From the NCBI GenBank assembly GCA_951406725.2, contig OX597840.1, positions 9,672,001-9,736,000 of the forward strand: a DNA stretch of 64,000 nt, written 5' to 3'. Below, piece after piece: positions 1 through 15,062 of this stretch. The position numbers and the translations under genes were made by a program. Within the stretch, counting starts at the first letter, position 1. Each line of letters starts with the position of its first letter. Under the pieces are notes generated by a model that saw nothing but the letters and a program-made list of their open reading frames with translations, did no database searches and had not been told where the DNA came from. The stretch is from Octopus vulgaris. Its lineage: Eukaryota.

Positions 1-140
1 TGACAACAACATCAACGCTTTAATCAAATGAGAATAAATTAGCTGGCAACGTGTGTTTAATTACGGAGGTTTGAATCATTAATGGGATTAATGTCGGCCG
101 TTGGCGAGAGGTGAGTCGGTGAAACATCTTCCCTTCTAAC

Positions 141-542
<402 letters not shown>

Positions 543-800
543 CGTGTACAGATACGTGACGTGTACATAGAAACCATGTTACTTCGAGCAATGTCATCGA
601 GGTTGAGACCACAACCAGAAAAAATTTAATATGTATTTATTCCATTGACAATAATCGTCGTATTTATTTAGTTTTAACTCAAATCCTTTCTTTCTTCCTT
701 CCTTCCTTTCTCTCTTTCTTTCTTTCAATATTCTGCTCACGTTCCATTGTTTGTGACCTAATGTATAAGAATTAGTCCGTTCACCTCTCACGATAATTCG

Positions 801-1188
801 TTGTATGTGTATGTATGTATGTATGTATGTATGTATGTATGTATGTATGTATTTATGTATGTATGTATGTATGTATGTAAGTATGTATGTATGTATGTAT
901 GTATGTATGTATGTATGCATGCATGTATGTATGTATGTAAGTATGTATGTAATGTATGTATGTATGTATGTATGTATGTATGTATGTATGCATGCATGTA
1001 TGTATGTATGTATGTAAGTATGTATGTATGTATGTATGTATGTATGTATGCATGCATGTATGTATGTATGCATGTATGTATGTATGTATGTATGTACGTA
1101 CGTATGTATGTATGTATGTATGTATGTATGTATGTATGTATGTATGTATGTGTGTGTGTATGTATGTATGTATGTATGTATGTACGCA
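801..1188. repeat. (TATG)n microsatellite
   Basis: Direct reading. Confidence 0.97.
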
Positions 1189-1191
1189 TGT

Positions 1192-1745
1192 CAGGTCACT
1201 TTCGAGTGCTACTGGTAACATGTAACCCAGTAGAACCTGTTGCATGGTCGGGACGTCGGCGACTAAACCGGCAACCCCACCAAGCTTGCTTGGTGAGGAG
1301 GATGTGTATTGGACACTCTGCCGGATGAAAAACAAAACCCGTCAAAGGGCGGAGGAACTCTTGAGAGTCAACGGCCATCCAATAAATGTCTTAAGGATGT
1401 ATCATGCGCGGAGACATAGAAATAATCGGACTGAATACCCGATCGCACGGTAAAACCATTGGGAGTGAAGGACTCCTAGCCTTTGTTAGGGCATCCTTCT
1501 AGGAGAAGGTAACTCAGGTAACTAGGATAACTCCGACATAAAACCTGCGGCTCAGTGGTTACCGATGATGTTGACTTGTTCTTCTTTTCGGATTATGGCT
1601 GCTGTTGCTTAGTGAGTGGGATTGACTCTGTGCACAGCCTTTCCTCACTTTAAAAAAATCTTCTTGCACAGGCATTGCACGATAACAACATTGATTAAGC
1701 TTCGTGCAATGGCTATACTCGATAACGAGGGAGCAGCCACCATGT
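1192..1745 (+). mobile_element. Probable RTE-clade LINE 5'UTR-derived (non-autonomous) fragment
   Basis: Complex, GC-richer island inserted at a TATG tract. It contains AGGGCATCCTTCTAGGAGAAGGTAACTC...AAAACC (1488-1546), resembling the GGGCAACCAGTCTAGGAGAAGGAAAACTC motif of RTE 5' regions, and a CACCAAGCTTGCTTGGTG hairpin. No RT ORF is present. Confidence 0.5.
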
Positions 1746-2128
1746 ACGCATTGTAATTGCAGAGTTCATATCTCTTTTTAAATAACTATTTGAGTACTTT
1801 GTACACCAGTGCACTCCCCCGTTTCAACCACGTTGGTTTGATCAGGTCGTTGATGGCAGTAACAGGCTGTCGGACAGAAAGAAAATATTTTCTTTTCTTA
1901 GCCACAGGATGAAGACGATTCAAACCAAAAAGAGAGGAATTTTGCGAGGAGAACTTGTCCCGGCTTCAGTCCCACTGCGCGGCGCCTTGCACTACTGTCT
2001 CCCACTGCAGCCCTGGGTCGACCAGATTCTTGTGAGCGGTATTTGGTCAGATGGAAAGGAGCAGTGGTATTGAACCTAAAACCATGTGGTTGGGAAACAA
2101 TCTTGTTACTACACACCGACGTCTGGGC

Positions 2129-2159
<31 letters not shown>

Positions 2160-2204
2160 GTGTGTGTGCGTGCGTGCGTGTGTGTGTATGTATACACATA
2201 CTCA

Positions 2205-2427
2205 TTTACTCTTTTACTCTCTTTTACTTGTTTCAGTCATTTGCCTGCGGCCATGCTGGGGCACCGCCTTTAGTCTAGCAAATTGACCCCAGGACTTATT
2301 CTTTGTAAGCCCAGTACTTATTCTATCGGTCTCTTTACCGAACCGCTAAGTTACGGGGACGTAAACACACCAGCATCGGTTTTCAAGCGATGTTGGGGGG
2401 ACAAACACAGACACACAAACACACACA

Positions 2428-2487
<60 letters not shown>

Positions 2488-3396
2488 CTATATATATAAA
2501 ACTGTAGTTGTGTGAGTGTCTGTCTCCTACGATTTAGATTCCTAACTACTCCCACATTTTGCGGTGCAGTTTAACCAAATTCGGGTATCTTATAGTCGTG
2601 ATTCATATCGAGCCCGTCTGGGTATTAGCGCGCATCTACGATGAGTCTACGATTTTTAAAATAATTTACCATAATTTTTTTTCCATTTTAACGCATATTT
2701 TTTCGTGTGTCGATGGCGGCGGAGTTGGCATCCATGCTCACACCTGCACCTGTGTTGCTTCTCCCCCTTCTTCCTCCCTCGTGAAGCTGTGGGGAAGGGA
2801 GTGTAAGGAAATCAACGTCGTAAAGCGTTGTCAAGGAGACCAGCGTTCTTTTAGAACAACGACTTCATGGCTTGAAGTCACCAAAACAGAAATTGCTAAA
2901 AAAGCTGAAACAGATCCACAAAAACGGCAAAAACCGCCACACAGGGCAGGTTTCCTGTGCAAACAATTTGCACAACCGAATGTTTTAGTTGTTGCACAAA
3001 TCTTTATATATAAAAGTGAAGTTGTGTGTCTGTCTCCTACGATTTAGATTCCTAACTACTCCCACATTTTGCGGTGCAGTTTAACCAAAACCGGGTATCT
3101 TATAGTCGTGATTAATATCGAGCCCTTCTGGGTATTAGCGCGCGTCTACGACGAGTCTACGATTTTAAAAATAATTTACCATTATTTTTTTCCATTTTAA
3201 TGCATTTTTTTGCTATTATATAAGGGAAGTAACTCTCTAAAAATGTCTACGATGAGTCAACGATTTAAAAAAAAATTTACTATAATTTTTTTTCCATTTT
3301 TAATGCATTTTTTGGCTATTTTTTGGCTATAACTCTCTAAAAATGCTTTATAGTTATTTCCCTTACAAATCCGAGCAACGCCGGGCGATATTGCTA

Positions 3397-3433
<37 letters not shown>

Positions 3434-3545
3434 CCTTTGTCGGCCCGAGGCTATAGTAGAAGACACTTGCCCAAGGTGCCACGCAGTGGGACTGAACCCG
3501 GAACCATGTGGTTGCTAAGCAAGCAACTTACCACACAGCCACAAC
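2205..3545 (-). mobile_element. SINE family A copy split by a Helitron (3' part 2205-2430, head 3433-3545)
   Basis: Both halves match the family A consensus seen in the other copies; the interruption lies in the internal TA tract. Confidence 0.85.
2487..3397 (+). mobile_element. Non-autonomous Helitron with duplicated 5' module
   Basis: 5' A|TCTATATATATAAAA; 3' hairpin CCGAGCAACGCCGG followed by CTAG|T. A second 5'-like end (TCTTTATATATAAAA) at 3001 starts a repeat of ~2487-2700. Confidence 0.85.
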
Positions 3546-4094
3546 TATATTTTTATATGTACACATTTACACCTGTACATATACTTAACATACATACATC
3601 TATATTTACATACCTATACATATTTTATACTAGGATCGTTTGTGTTTATATATACATAATTAAGTACATAATAACACACACACACACACAAACACACATT
3701 CACTCACTCACGTACAGGCGCGCATGCGCACGCATTCAGACGCGCACACGCGCACGCAATTATTCCTTATTGTTGTGATGAAAACCATTTCCAATTTAAC
3801 ACTTCAGAAAATCCATTTGATTTCTCCTGCTTCCAAATTTACTTTGCAAGAGTATTTGATCGGACTCCCTCTTGCGGCGATTATTGTTACTGTTGTTGTT
3901 GTTGTTCGTGGTGGGGGTGGGGGTGCTCTTTCTTTTATCTTTCTTGGCAGCTTTTTGGTTTTTATTAAATAAAAAATGTGTGACACGTTATAAAGGTCAC
4001 CTTGAATATTAAATTATTTTGATGTGAAAGTTTGCAGCTTGAGAGGAAAGGGTGAATAATAATTAGCAGCAATAAACAAACATCATATCTATCC

Positions 4095-4178
<84 letters not shown>

Positions 4179-4183
4179 CTCTC

Positions 4184-4248
<65 letters not shown>

Positions 4249-4249
4249 A

Positions 4250-4343
<94 letters not shown>

Positions 4344-4360
4344 CCTACCTACCTACCTAC

Positions 4361-4398
<38 letters not shown>

Positions 4399-4440
4399 CT
4401 TTATTTATCTATCTATCTATTTATCTGTCTGTCTGCCTGT
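4095..4440. repeat. (TCTG)n-(TCTA)n compound microsatellite
   Basis: Direct reading. Confidence 0.95.
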
Positions 4441-4544
4441 CTGTCAGTTTATTTGTCTCTCTATTTCTATACTTCTCTATATATGTGTGTATGTGTATGT
4501 ATACATATATACATGCATATATATGCACACACATATATATCCAT

Positions 4545-4612
<68 letters not shown>

Positions 4613-4642
4613 ATATATATATTTAACAAAGTGGAGTTGTAG

Positions 4643-4709
<67 letters not shown>

Positions 4710-5697
4710 GTATATACATATACAAATTTATGCGTTAGACGAACACAACAACAATTAGCATATTCCCGTTGTTCACGAATAAATATGCAAGTCGTTGTTT
4801 TGAATTTCTCAGTTCACCGTGCGTTGATTTATTATGGCTTGGAAGATATCAGCACGGATCAGCGATCGGTTTGTCTGCTGAAGTTACAAAGAAGACCATC
4901 AGCTCTTGTTTAGTTTAGATTCGGTGTTGTCTATGCTTCCAGCTGACGAGACAAAACTTCAGCAGTTGTTCTCCTGAGACGAGATACAACAGCAATTTGC
5001 ATATTCGCGTTCGAATCTACCAGATCGAATAAAGAAATATGTAAATCATCGTGATCATTGTGTATGTCTGTATGTGCGTTTGTGTCTGTGTGTCTGTGTG
5101 TCTGTGTGTCCGTGCATGAATGTGTATGTATGTATGTGTGTGTATATTTTCGATATTTTGTACTCAGAGGATTTCATATTCTTGTGTGTCATTTTTGAAT
5201 ATAATTATGGATATAATCATAGATATTAGGGTGTGATTTGAGGGGAATTTAGCTGCTATATGTTTGAAATCAAGCACCCACGAAAGCTCTTCTCTCGATG
5301 CCTGGAGTAAATTGATTCCCTGACCGAGATTAAAGCCGTTCCAAATATGATACTCCTATCGAGAATTCAATGTAACTTCATTTAATACGCAAGGGTAAGG
5401 CAGTTGTGAAAACTTTAACTGCTGTTTTCGGCAGGTTGAGCAAAATTATCGATGAACCATTTGCTATCTCCAAGTATCTCTCTTTTCTCTCTTTCTGTCT
5501 TTTCCAATGTTCAGTGTGAGTGGCTGAACTAACAGGCTAGTCTATTTCCTTAATTCAACGAAATTGTAACCTTTAGAGACAGTGTGAGCCTTGATACACA
5601 CACACACACATACAAACACACACGCACACATACACACACACATACACACACATACATACATATCCATATATGTATACATATATACATATATATATAC

Positions 5698-5758
<61 letters not shown>

Positions 5759-5857
5759 TCCAAATATATAAGAAAGCACAAAAAGAAAGCACACAACGCG
5801 AGGACATGGAAAAAATATAGTAATAATGGACGTTCAGGAAAGAAGGAAAGGGGGGTT

Positions 5858-5912
<55 letters not shown>

Positions 5913-6013
5913 ATGTATATATTGTTTTACACTTTTGTTCTTTTACTTGTTTCAGTCGCTTTGACTGCGGCCATGCTGGAGCACACATACATATATAGAT
6001 ATATATCATATAA

Positions 6014-6115
<102 letters not shown>

Positions 6116-6289
6116 GGAGAGAGAAAAAGACTTTGTACGGGAAGAAAAACCTTCGTTAAAAACATGGTTGGTTCAAATATTTGTGATTGTATAACTTATT
6201 TGCTCTGCATTAATTTACCATCCATACACACGCGCCTGCAGAGAGAGGCACACCATACACACACACACACACTATATATATATATATAT

Positions 6290-6690
6290 ACTCTTTTTAC
6301 TTGTTTCAGTCATTTGACTGCGGCCATGCTGGAGCACCGCCTTTTTAGTCGAGCAAATCGACCCCGGGACTTATTCTTTGTAAGCCCAGTACTTATTCTA
6401 TCGGTCTCTTTTGCCGAACCGCTAAGTGACGGGGACGTAAACACATCAGCATCGGTTGTCAAGCAATGCTAGGGGGACAAACACAGACACACAAACACAT
6501 ACACACACACACATATATATATATACATATATACGACAGGCTTCTTTCAGTTTCCGTCTACCAAATCCACTCACAAGGCATTGGTCGGCCCGGGGCTATA
6601 GTAGAAGACACTTGCCCAAGATGCCACGCAGTGGGACTGAACCCGGAACCATGTGGTTGGTTAGCAAGCTACTTACCACACAGTCACTCC
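6290..6690 (-). mobile_element. SINE family A (tRNA head, CORE-like domain, internal microsatellite), full length
   Basis: A-box TGxCTGTGTGGTAA, B-box GGTTCAGTCCC, CTTGGGCAAGTG CORE-like block and GAAACAAGTAAAAGAG tail; more than 10 copies in the window. Confidence 0.9.
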
Positions 6691-7451
6691 TATATATATA
6701 TATATTCGTACATTTTACCGTTATAGATGTACAGATATTTGAAATGATATTTTCTTTTCATCATACGAACTATGATAACACGAACGTTGGAAATTACAGC
6801 AAAGAATAAAAGACATCGAAATATATATTACAGATTTCATGTTGCCGTCCTTATCGTCTGCTGCAACAGTTTCCTGTAATGGCTATTTTTTTTTAAACAT
6901 TGAACACAATAATCAGATATTTTAGTGGAAAGTAACAAATGAAGAGATATTTATGCTTGGAAGAATTGACGTATGTAAATTAAAACCGCTTTTTTATATT
7001 CAGCTTTCTGTTTCTTCAACAACATCCAAGAAATATGAAAGGAGGCCGAAATTAACATAATTTGGTCGACGCTGGATTAAACTATGGCGAAGTGTTTTTG
7101 CTGATATCTATCGAAAATAGCATTGCAAATAAATGGACAAGTTTTTATTTTATATTTTCAGAAGAAGCGTAAACAAAGACGTTAAAAAAGAAAAACCAAC
7201 ATTTTATCGCTGTGTAAGATGACAATCTCGCAGTGAATTAAAATTAGTTTTCTCGGTTGAAATTTTCAGTAAGAAAAAGAATTTAAAAGCAAACACATTT
7301 TGATAAAAGAAAAGAAGATTTAAACCGGAATTTTAAAGAATTTTCTACACGGAGAGGAATGCAATAATAGCTTTCTTTTAGTAAAAGTTACATACTCTCG
7401 ACTAATTAATAAGCAACTCTAGTATCATTATAGTATATATATATATATATG

Positions 7452-7660
7452 CCATGTTGATTCGCTAGCTTCTGCACGCATTTTTTCTCTCTCCTTGTTT
7501 CTCTCCTTGTTTCTTTTCTGTGTATCTTTCTGTTGAAGAGCGTAGGCTCGAAACGTAAAAAGACTTGTTTTATTTATATTCCTGAGCGCCATACTAATAC
7601 AATTGTTTGTTTGTACTCCACCTGCCTTCTTCTTTTGTTTATTTTCATAAAGCTTCCCGT
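7452..7660 (+). mobile_element. Penelope-like terminal fragment, family P1
   Basis: Flanked by (TA)n; near-identical copies at 36425-36590 and 41778-41985; contains a hammerhead-like fold. Confidence 0.65.
7525..7563 (+). ncRNA. Minimal hammerhead ribozyme-like motif (CUGUUGA variant core)
   Basis: TCTTT-CTGTTGA-A-GAGC gtag GCTC-GAAA-CG-TA-AAAAGA; palindromic ACGU stem III; GUA site. Confidence 0.5.
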
Positions 7661-7683
7661 TATATATATACATATATGTGCGT

Positions 7684-7977
7684 GTGGAGGCGCAATGGCC
7701 CAGTGGTTAGGGCAGCGGACTCGCGGTTTCGATTCCCAGACTGGGCGTTGTGAGTGTTTATTGAGCGAAAACACCTAAAGCTCCACGAGGCTCCGCCAGG
7801 GGGTGGTAGCGATCCCTGCTGTACTCTTTCGCCACAACTTTCTCTCACTCTTTCTTCTCTTGGCCTGCTCGCTTAGCCAGCGGGGTGGCGTCATTTGAAG
7901 GCTAAAACAATGCGAAGCGCATTGTGACCAGCGATGTGTTACATCTGATAGCCTGGTCGGTCACGTGATCACGTGAT
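7684..7977 (+). mobile_element. SINE family C, tail type 1
   Basis: A-box TGGCCCAGTGGTTAG, B-box GGTTTCGATTCCC, shared body ending CAACTTTCTCTCACTCTTTC, tail ending CACGTGATCACGTGAT. Confidence 0.85.
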
Positions 7978-7994
7978 ATATGTGCGTATGTACA

Positions 7995-8044
<50 letters not shown>

Positions 8045-8449
8045 GGGTCTCCACAATTCGAAAAACAGATCAGAATCGATATGTTTGGAATGTGGAATAT
8101 ATTTAGTTCATTTGGGAAGCAAACTGTTCTGGAAGTAAAACTCGTTTGACTGTTTGCAGAGCTTGTCAATGGAGCGTGTGGGAGTTCGAGTGACATAGAT
8201 GTCAATAATGCGCCTGCGCGCGTGTGTGTTTAGGTAGGTAGGTGTGTATGCATACACACAAACATACGCAAGACGTTGGTTTTAGTTTTTTTTGTTGTTT
8301 TTTTGAGGTTCGGTTAAACGAACAAAAGCTCTAATAAAGAATTATCCAAAATTCTGACTACCTCCCTTTTCTTAATGTATATATATATATATATATGGCT
8401 TCATAAAAAATATTTTAAGGATTCACAGAGTTGGAAGGGAAGGGAAGCA

Positions 8450-8499
8450 GAGAAGAAGAAGAAGAAGAAGAAGAAGAAGAAGAAGAAGAAGAAGAAGAA

Positions 8500-8556
<57 letters not shown>

Positions 8557-8732
8557 GAAGAAGATGAAGAAAAAGAAGAAGAAAAAGATGATGAAGAAGA
8601 AGAAGACGAAGATGATGATGATGATGATGATGAAGGAAAAGAAGATGAAGAAGAAGATAAGGAAAATGAAGAAGAAGATAAAGAAAATGAAGAAGATGAA
8701 GAAGATGAAGAAGATGAAGAAGATGAAGAAGT

Positions 8733-8781
<49 letters not shown>

Positions 8782-9110
8782 AAAGACGAAGAAGAAGGAA
8801 AAAGAAGAAGAAGAAGAAGAAGAAGAAGAAGAAGAAAGAAGAAGAAGAAGAAGAAGAAGAAGAAAGAAGAAGAAGAAAGAAGAAGAAGAAGAGGATGAAG
8901 AAGAAGAAGAAAAAGAAGAAGAAGAAGATGAAGAAGAAGGAGTAGAAGAAGAAGAAGAAGAAGAAGAAGAAGAAGAAGAAGAAGAAGAAGAAGAAGGACA
9001 ACAACAACAGTAATAACAAGAAGAAGAAGAAGAAGAAGAAGAAGAAGAAGAAGAAGAAGAAGAAGAAGAAGAAGAAGAAGAAGAAGAAGAAGAAGAAGAA
9101 GAAGAAGAAG
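8450..9110. repeat. (GAA)n/(GAT)n triplet compound repeat
   Basis: Direct reading. Confidence 0.97.
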
Positions 9111-9744
9111 GAATGCTTACGAACGTTGTTATTGAGGGAAGAAGAAGGCATTAAGGTATTTGGCCGCGAATCAAAGTATAAAAGACATCCAGCGCTGGGG
9201 TTGTTTTGCTTTTCTTTTTGTTTTTGTTTTTGTTTTTTGTTTTTGTTTTTTGTTTTTCTTTTTTTGTTTTTGTTTTATGTTTTTCTTTTTTTTGTTTGTA
9301 GTTTGGCGATTTATGTTTCGCTTTTTATCGATTTGGCAGAAGTTCAATAATATGATTAGAGGTCGAAGAATTAGAAATTACAAAATCATAACAAAACAAG
9401 GAGAGAAGAAGAGAGAAAGAGAGAGAGAGAGAGGGGGGAGGGGAAGAGGGGAAGAGGGGAAGGAGCGGGAAGAAGTGTGTCTGTGTTGATGACGTCACTT
9501 GGAAGTAGAAGAAAACATCGCACGCGCCATTGTTGTTGGCTGTGAAGTCGTTATATTTACACAAACACACACAGACACACATTCGCATACATGCACAGAT
9601 ATATGTACACACACATGCAAAGAGACATGCATACGTACACTTATACAAACATATAGATAGGTGCACACATACATGTACATACACACACACACATCCGCAC
9701 AAAAATATATCTAAATGCATACACACACGCATACATGTATACAT

Positions 9745-9789
<45 letters not shown>

Positions 9790-9912
9790 CAGATTTATGT
9801 ATAATTATATACGTACATACATACATACATACACACATACATTTGTACATAACGTGCACACACACACACACAAATATATAGGCATACATACACACATACA
9901 TACATATATACA

Positions 9913-9970
<58 letters not shown>

Positions 9971-10093
9971 CAGATTTATGTATATTTATATACGTACCTA
10001 CATACATACACACATACATATGTACATCATGTGCACACGCATACACACACACACACACACAAATATCGAGGACTACATACACGCATACATACA

Positions 10094-10161
<68 letters not shown>

Positions 10162-10669
10162 CATTCACACATGCCCATACATATATGCGCATACAAACAC
10201 ACACACACAAATACACGGGCACATATGCATATACACATACTTCTACACACACATACACGACTGTATGGTTTTAAGTGTCGAGTCCCCTTGGTCAAGCAAG
10301 TGTCTTCTCCTTCAGCCTCCAAACCGATCGATAAGTTGCGCCGTGAGAGAAGTCGTAGGCGAGTTTGTTTAAACTTGCAAATAAGTTCACAATTGGGAAA
10401 AATATCAAACTGTGTTTGTAAGAAACAGAGAACGCGACAAAACTGCCGTCGGTTTATGGAGATGTTCTATTCTACTGTTTAATCACGTGTCGTGCTGGAA
10501 GCCGTCAAAAGTATCTGGGACGCGAAAGCTTGTATATGTTCTCTGCTACGTTCGTATCACGTGAGTTAGGAACCAGCTGAGATAAAGAAATTTCTTCAAA
10601 TAGAGCCTCAGTGTACAGAACGGAATTGACTCTCTGCGTATTTGTCTGTCTGTCTGTCTCTGATCATTC

Positions 10670-10711
<42 letters not shown>

Positions 10712-10791
10712 ATCGATCAATCTATCTACCTCTCTGTCTTTTTTATTTATACGTATAGGTAAATACACACACGCATATATATTTATACAAA

Positions 10792-10822
<31 letters not shown>

Positions 10823-10972
10823 TTGTGTAATCAGCCGAAATTGCGAAGATAATCTGGTACTTGACTGAGAAAAGAAAACTTCGAATGACCCGTCCTTGTT
10901 TTCTTTGTATCGGCTTTCTGGATGCTTTGTTTCCCATTTTTGTATCATCTAACTATCCGGATGTTTTACTAT

Positions 10973-11013
<41 letters not shown>

Positions 11014-11085
11014 AAAAATAAGCAACAAGGATATCCAGAGGTAATGCAGTACGATCGTTTCATGCGACTCCATTTAATTGAGCAA

Positions 11086-11153
<68 letters not shown>

Positions 11154-11747
11154 AACATATATATTTATATGCATATGTATGTGTGTTTGTGTTTGCGCGT
11201 ATAAACATACATTTGTTGCGTATATGCATATATAAACAGCATATACATAAACATGATCGTGAACAAACACACACACAAATACACCGTTATCTGCCAAGTT
11301 AATGCGGCTTTCGTCCGCGATAGAACAACATGTGGATATACATTAAGTATTATTCATAAGTCTCTATTTCAATTTAATACGGCTTCAATTACATTCACTG
11401 GAATTTAATTCAGCCCGGCAGCTATTCGCAATATCAGTGAATGTGTTGCTCATTCTTTTATATACTGCACGCGACAATTGTCATCTAGACTTGAGGTTGA
11501 TTACGTGGACACGTCATTGACAAAGCGCAACAACGCCGAAATGCAATAGTGTTTTCGCTAGCTGCTGATGGTACGATTTTTCGCCTACATCCGAAATACA
11601 TTCTGTTTCTAAACACAATGAGTCCTTAAGAGTCTTTATCTCGGACGAAAAAACCGCAGAAACATGTCTGTTCGCGGTGTATGTTTATGGAAATACACCT
11701 AAATGAACATACACATAGGTTAAATTTACTCAAGTTAAACAAAAAAG

Positions 11748-12003
11748 TGTCTTGTTCTTGAGCAAGACACTTTTTGTCACGTTGCTCCAGTTCACTCAGC
11801 TGTAGAAATGAGTTGCGACGTCACAGGTGCCAAGCTGTATCGGCCGTTGCCTTTCCCTTGGATAACACTGGTGGCGTGGAGAGGGGGGCCGGTATGCATG
11901 GGTGACTGCTGGTCTTCCATAAACCACCTTGCCCAGACTTGTGACTAGGAGGGTAACTTTCTAGGTGCAATCCCATGGTCAGTGTCGTGACCGAAGGGGG
12001 TCA
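11748..12003 (+). mobile_element. SINE family E (Meta/MESC-like central domain), 5'-truncated
   Basis: TTGAGCAAGACACTTT...GCTCCAGTTCACTCAGCTGTAGAAATGAGT block; inverted homologue at 37140-37412. Confidence 0.7.
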
Positions 12004-12045
12004 ACAAGTCAACAATATATATATGCATGGACATATATATATGAA

Positions 12046-12087
<42 letters not shown>

Positions 12088-12103
12088 TATATATATATAT
12101 ATA

Positions 12104-12271
<168 letters not shown>

Positions 12272-12638
12272 TTGAACATGTTCAAAAGGAAAAAATTATT
12301 TTCGAATTTTTCTCTTATGAGGTTTTTCACGCTAACTACCTGATAATTTCTTGTTAAGATTCCTTATTAAGAAGTTATCCTTAATTGTTATATATATATA
12401 TATATACATACACAGGGTACCATGGGTAAATTGTCGCCATTTTTAATTTCGCGCATGCGCTTTGTTTGTTTTTGATTTTTCGACTACACAGTATAATAAG
12501 GACCAGTTGAGCATATATATATAAATTAGAAAAAAAAAACACCTTTTATCAATTCAATAATGAAAAATTAAGATATACCATCTAGAAAATTACATATTAT
12601 AAAAAGATTAAAGTAAGTTTGGAATAATATTCCCTCAC

Positions 12639-12699
<61 letters not shown>

Positions 12700-13311
12700 G
12701 GGGGGAGAATTCACAAAAAAAGACGAAGACAGATGTATTAGTATAACGCTCGAGAAGTGAAAAAGTATTTAACGTTTCAAGCCTACACTCTTCCAGAGAA
12801 AGGAACACATATATATTTGTCCAAAATCACAGAGTAGGAGTAGGACGGGATTGGAGAGAGAGTAGTATAAGTAAAGGGAGAAGAGAGAAAAGAGTAATTC
12901 AGTGAAGGAGAAGTTGTGAGAGTAATAGCCCTGACTGAGAGAGAGTAAGAGAAAGTAACAGCAATGGAGAAAGGAAGGGGTGATAGATGAATAAGGAAGG
13001 AAGGGGTGAAAAGAAATCAGCGTTTCAACTTTGTGTGAGTGTATGCGTGTATGTGTGTGCGTGTACAAGGGAAGCATGTGAATGTTTGTATCTGTGAGTA
13101 TTATGCACCTTATTTTGTACCTTATTTATATATGAAATACTACAATTAGCCATGATTTTTGACGGCACAGTGTCAGCTAATGGTAATTATAAAGGAGAGT
13201 GAGGTGATGTTAGATTTATTCTGATATTTGAGTATGCCTGTGTCAGGGTGGGGAGTATACGTCACTGGTTTGACCTTAATTACAGTAAGCTCCATATGTG
13301 TGTGTATGTGT

Positions 13312-13352
<41 letters not shown>

Positions 13353-13499
13353 TGTTTGCGTGAGAAGGAAAATAAAGCCAAGGCTGCACGAGTGTCTCGA
13401 GTCATTTAGAATAATTAATTATTTAATTAGAGTAATGTGAATCAAAAATGGAGAAGTAGAAGTAATTAATATCTTACAGCTGTTTCTGGGATATCCCAG

Positions 13500-13859
<360 letters not shown>

Positions 13860-13941
13860 AGAAAGAGAGGTGGGGAGAGTGTGTGTGAGAGAGAGAGGGA
13901 GATAGATAAATAAGTAGATAGATAGATAGACAGATACATAC

Positions 13942-13995
<54 letters not shown>

Positions 13996-14402
13996 CTCTT
14001 TACACAGAAGACCAGACATAATGATCAGGGACATAATAAAAAAAAATATGTACTGAAAACGAAATCATTTTGATAGTAGACAAATAAAAGAATAAAAGAA
14101 TTTATGACAAACATATGAGGGTGAGTAATTTACTCGATCTGCAGTATTGTTTTAGATTCATACCAGTAATTATTGGAGAACATGGGTAAGTTTGTTCTTC
14201 CTTACACACCAATGTTGAGAAGTTGAATTTTGGGATCCATGAGGGACATACATATATGTCAAGCATATAGTTGGGTGCAAGCAATGACCTCTATACCTGC
14301 ACACATATCTACACATATATACGTACACAGAGATATACACATATACAAATACGTAATACACATATGCCTTCATATACATATAGACACACAAACACATAAA
14401 TG

Positions 14403-14619
14403 CGAGGGCGTGCTGAAAGTTCCTTGCTCTGAGTGAAAGAAAATACTGGAAGACCAGTTAATTATGATTTTATTCAACATATTCCCCTTTCAGATTCACA
14501 CACTTATTGAAGTAGTCCTTCAGTTTTTCTAAGCTCTGTAGAAGAACTCAGAAGATTGGACCTCTAACTGGTCCTATCGGGATACCCTTTAAAGCCAAGA
14601 GCTTTTCAGCACGCTCTCG
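14403..14619. mobile_element. Mariner-derived MITE
   Basis: Terminal inverted repeats CGAGGGCGTGCTGAAAGTTCCTTG / CAAGAGCTTTTCAGCACGCTCTCG. Confidence 0.75.
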
Positions 14620-14650
14620 TGTATGCGCATACATAAACGCACGCATGCGT

Positions 14651-14858
14651 ACTCTTTTACTTGTTTCAGTCATTTCACTGTGGCCATGCTGGAGCACCGC
14701 CTCTAGTCGAGCAAATCGACCCCGGGACTTATTCTTTGTAAGCCCAGTACTTATTCTATCGGTGTCTTTTGCCGAACCGCTAAGTGACGGGGACGTAAAC
14801 ACACCAGCATCGGTTGTCAAGCAATGCTAGGGGGACAAACACAGACCCACAAACACAT

Positions 14859-14899
<41 letters not shown>

Positions 14900-15062
14900 T
14901 ACGACGGGCTTCTTTCAGTTTCCGTCTACCAAATCCACTCACAAGGCATTGGTCGGCCCGGGGCTATAGCAGAAGACACTTGCCCAAGATGCCACGTAGT
15001 GGGACTGAACCCGGAACCATGTGGTTGGTTAGCAAGCTACTTAATACACAGCCACTCCTGCG
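14651..15062 (-). mobile_element. SINE family A, full length
   Basis: Matches the family consensus end to end. Confidence 0.92.

Noticed and set aside
7684-7745. tRNA gene-like A/B boxes here and in other SINE heads
   Set aside because: No complete cloverleaf; each continues into a repeated SINE body.
8375-9151. Poly-K/M/E/D and poly-F/H ORFs
   Set aside because: GAA/GAT triplet microsatellite with no splice context.
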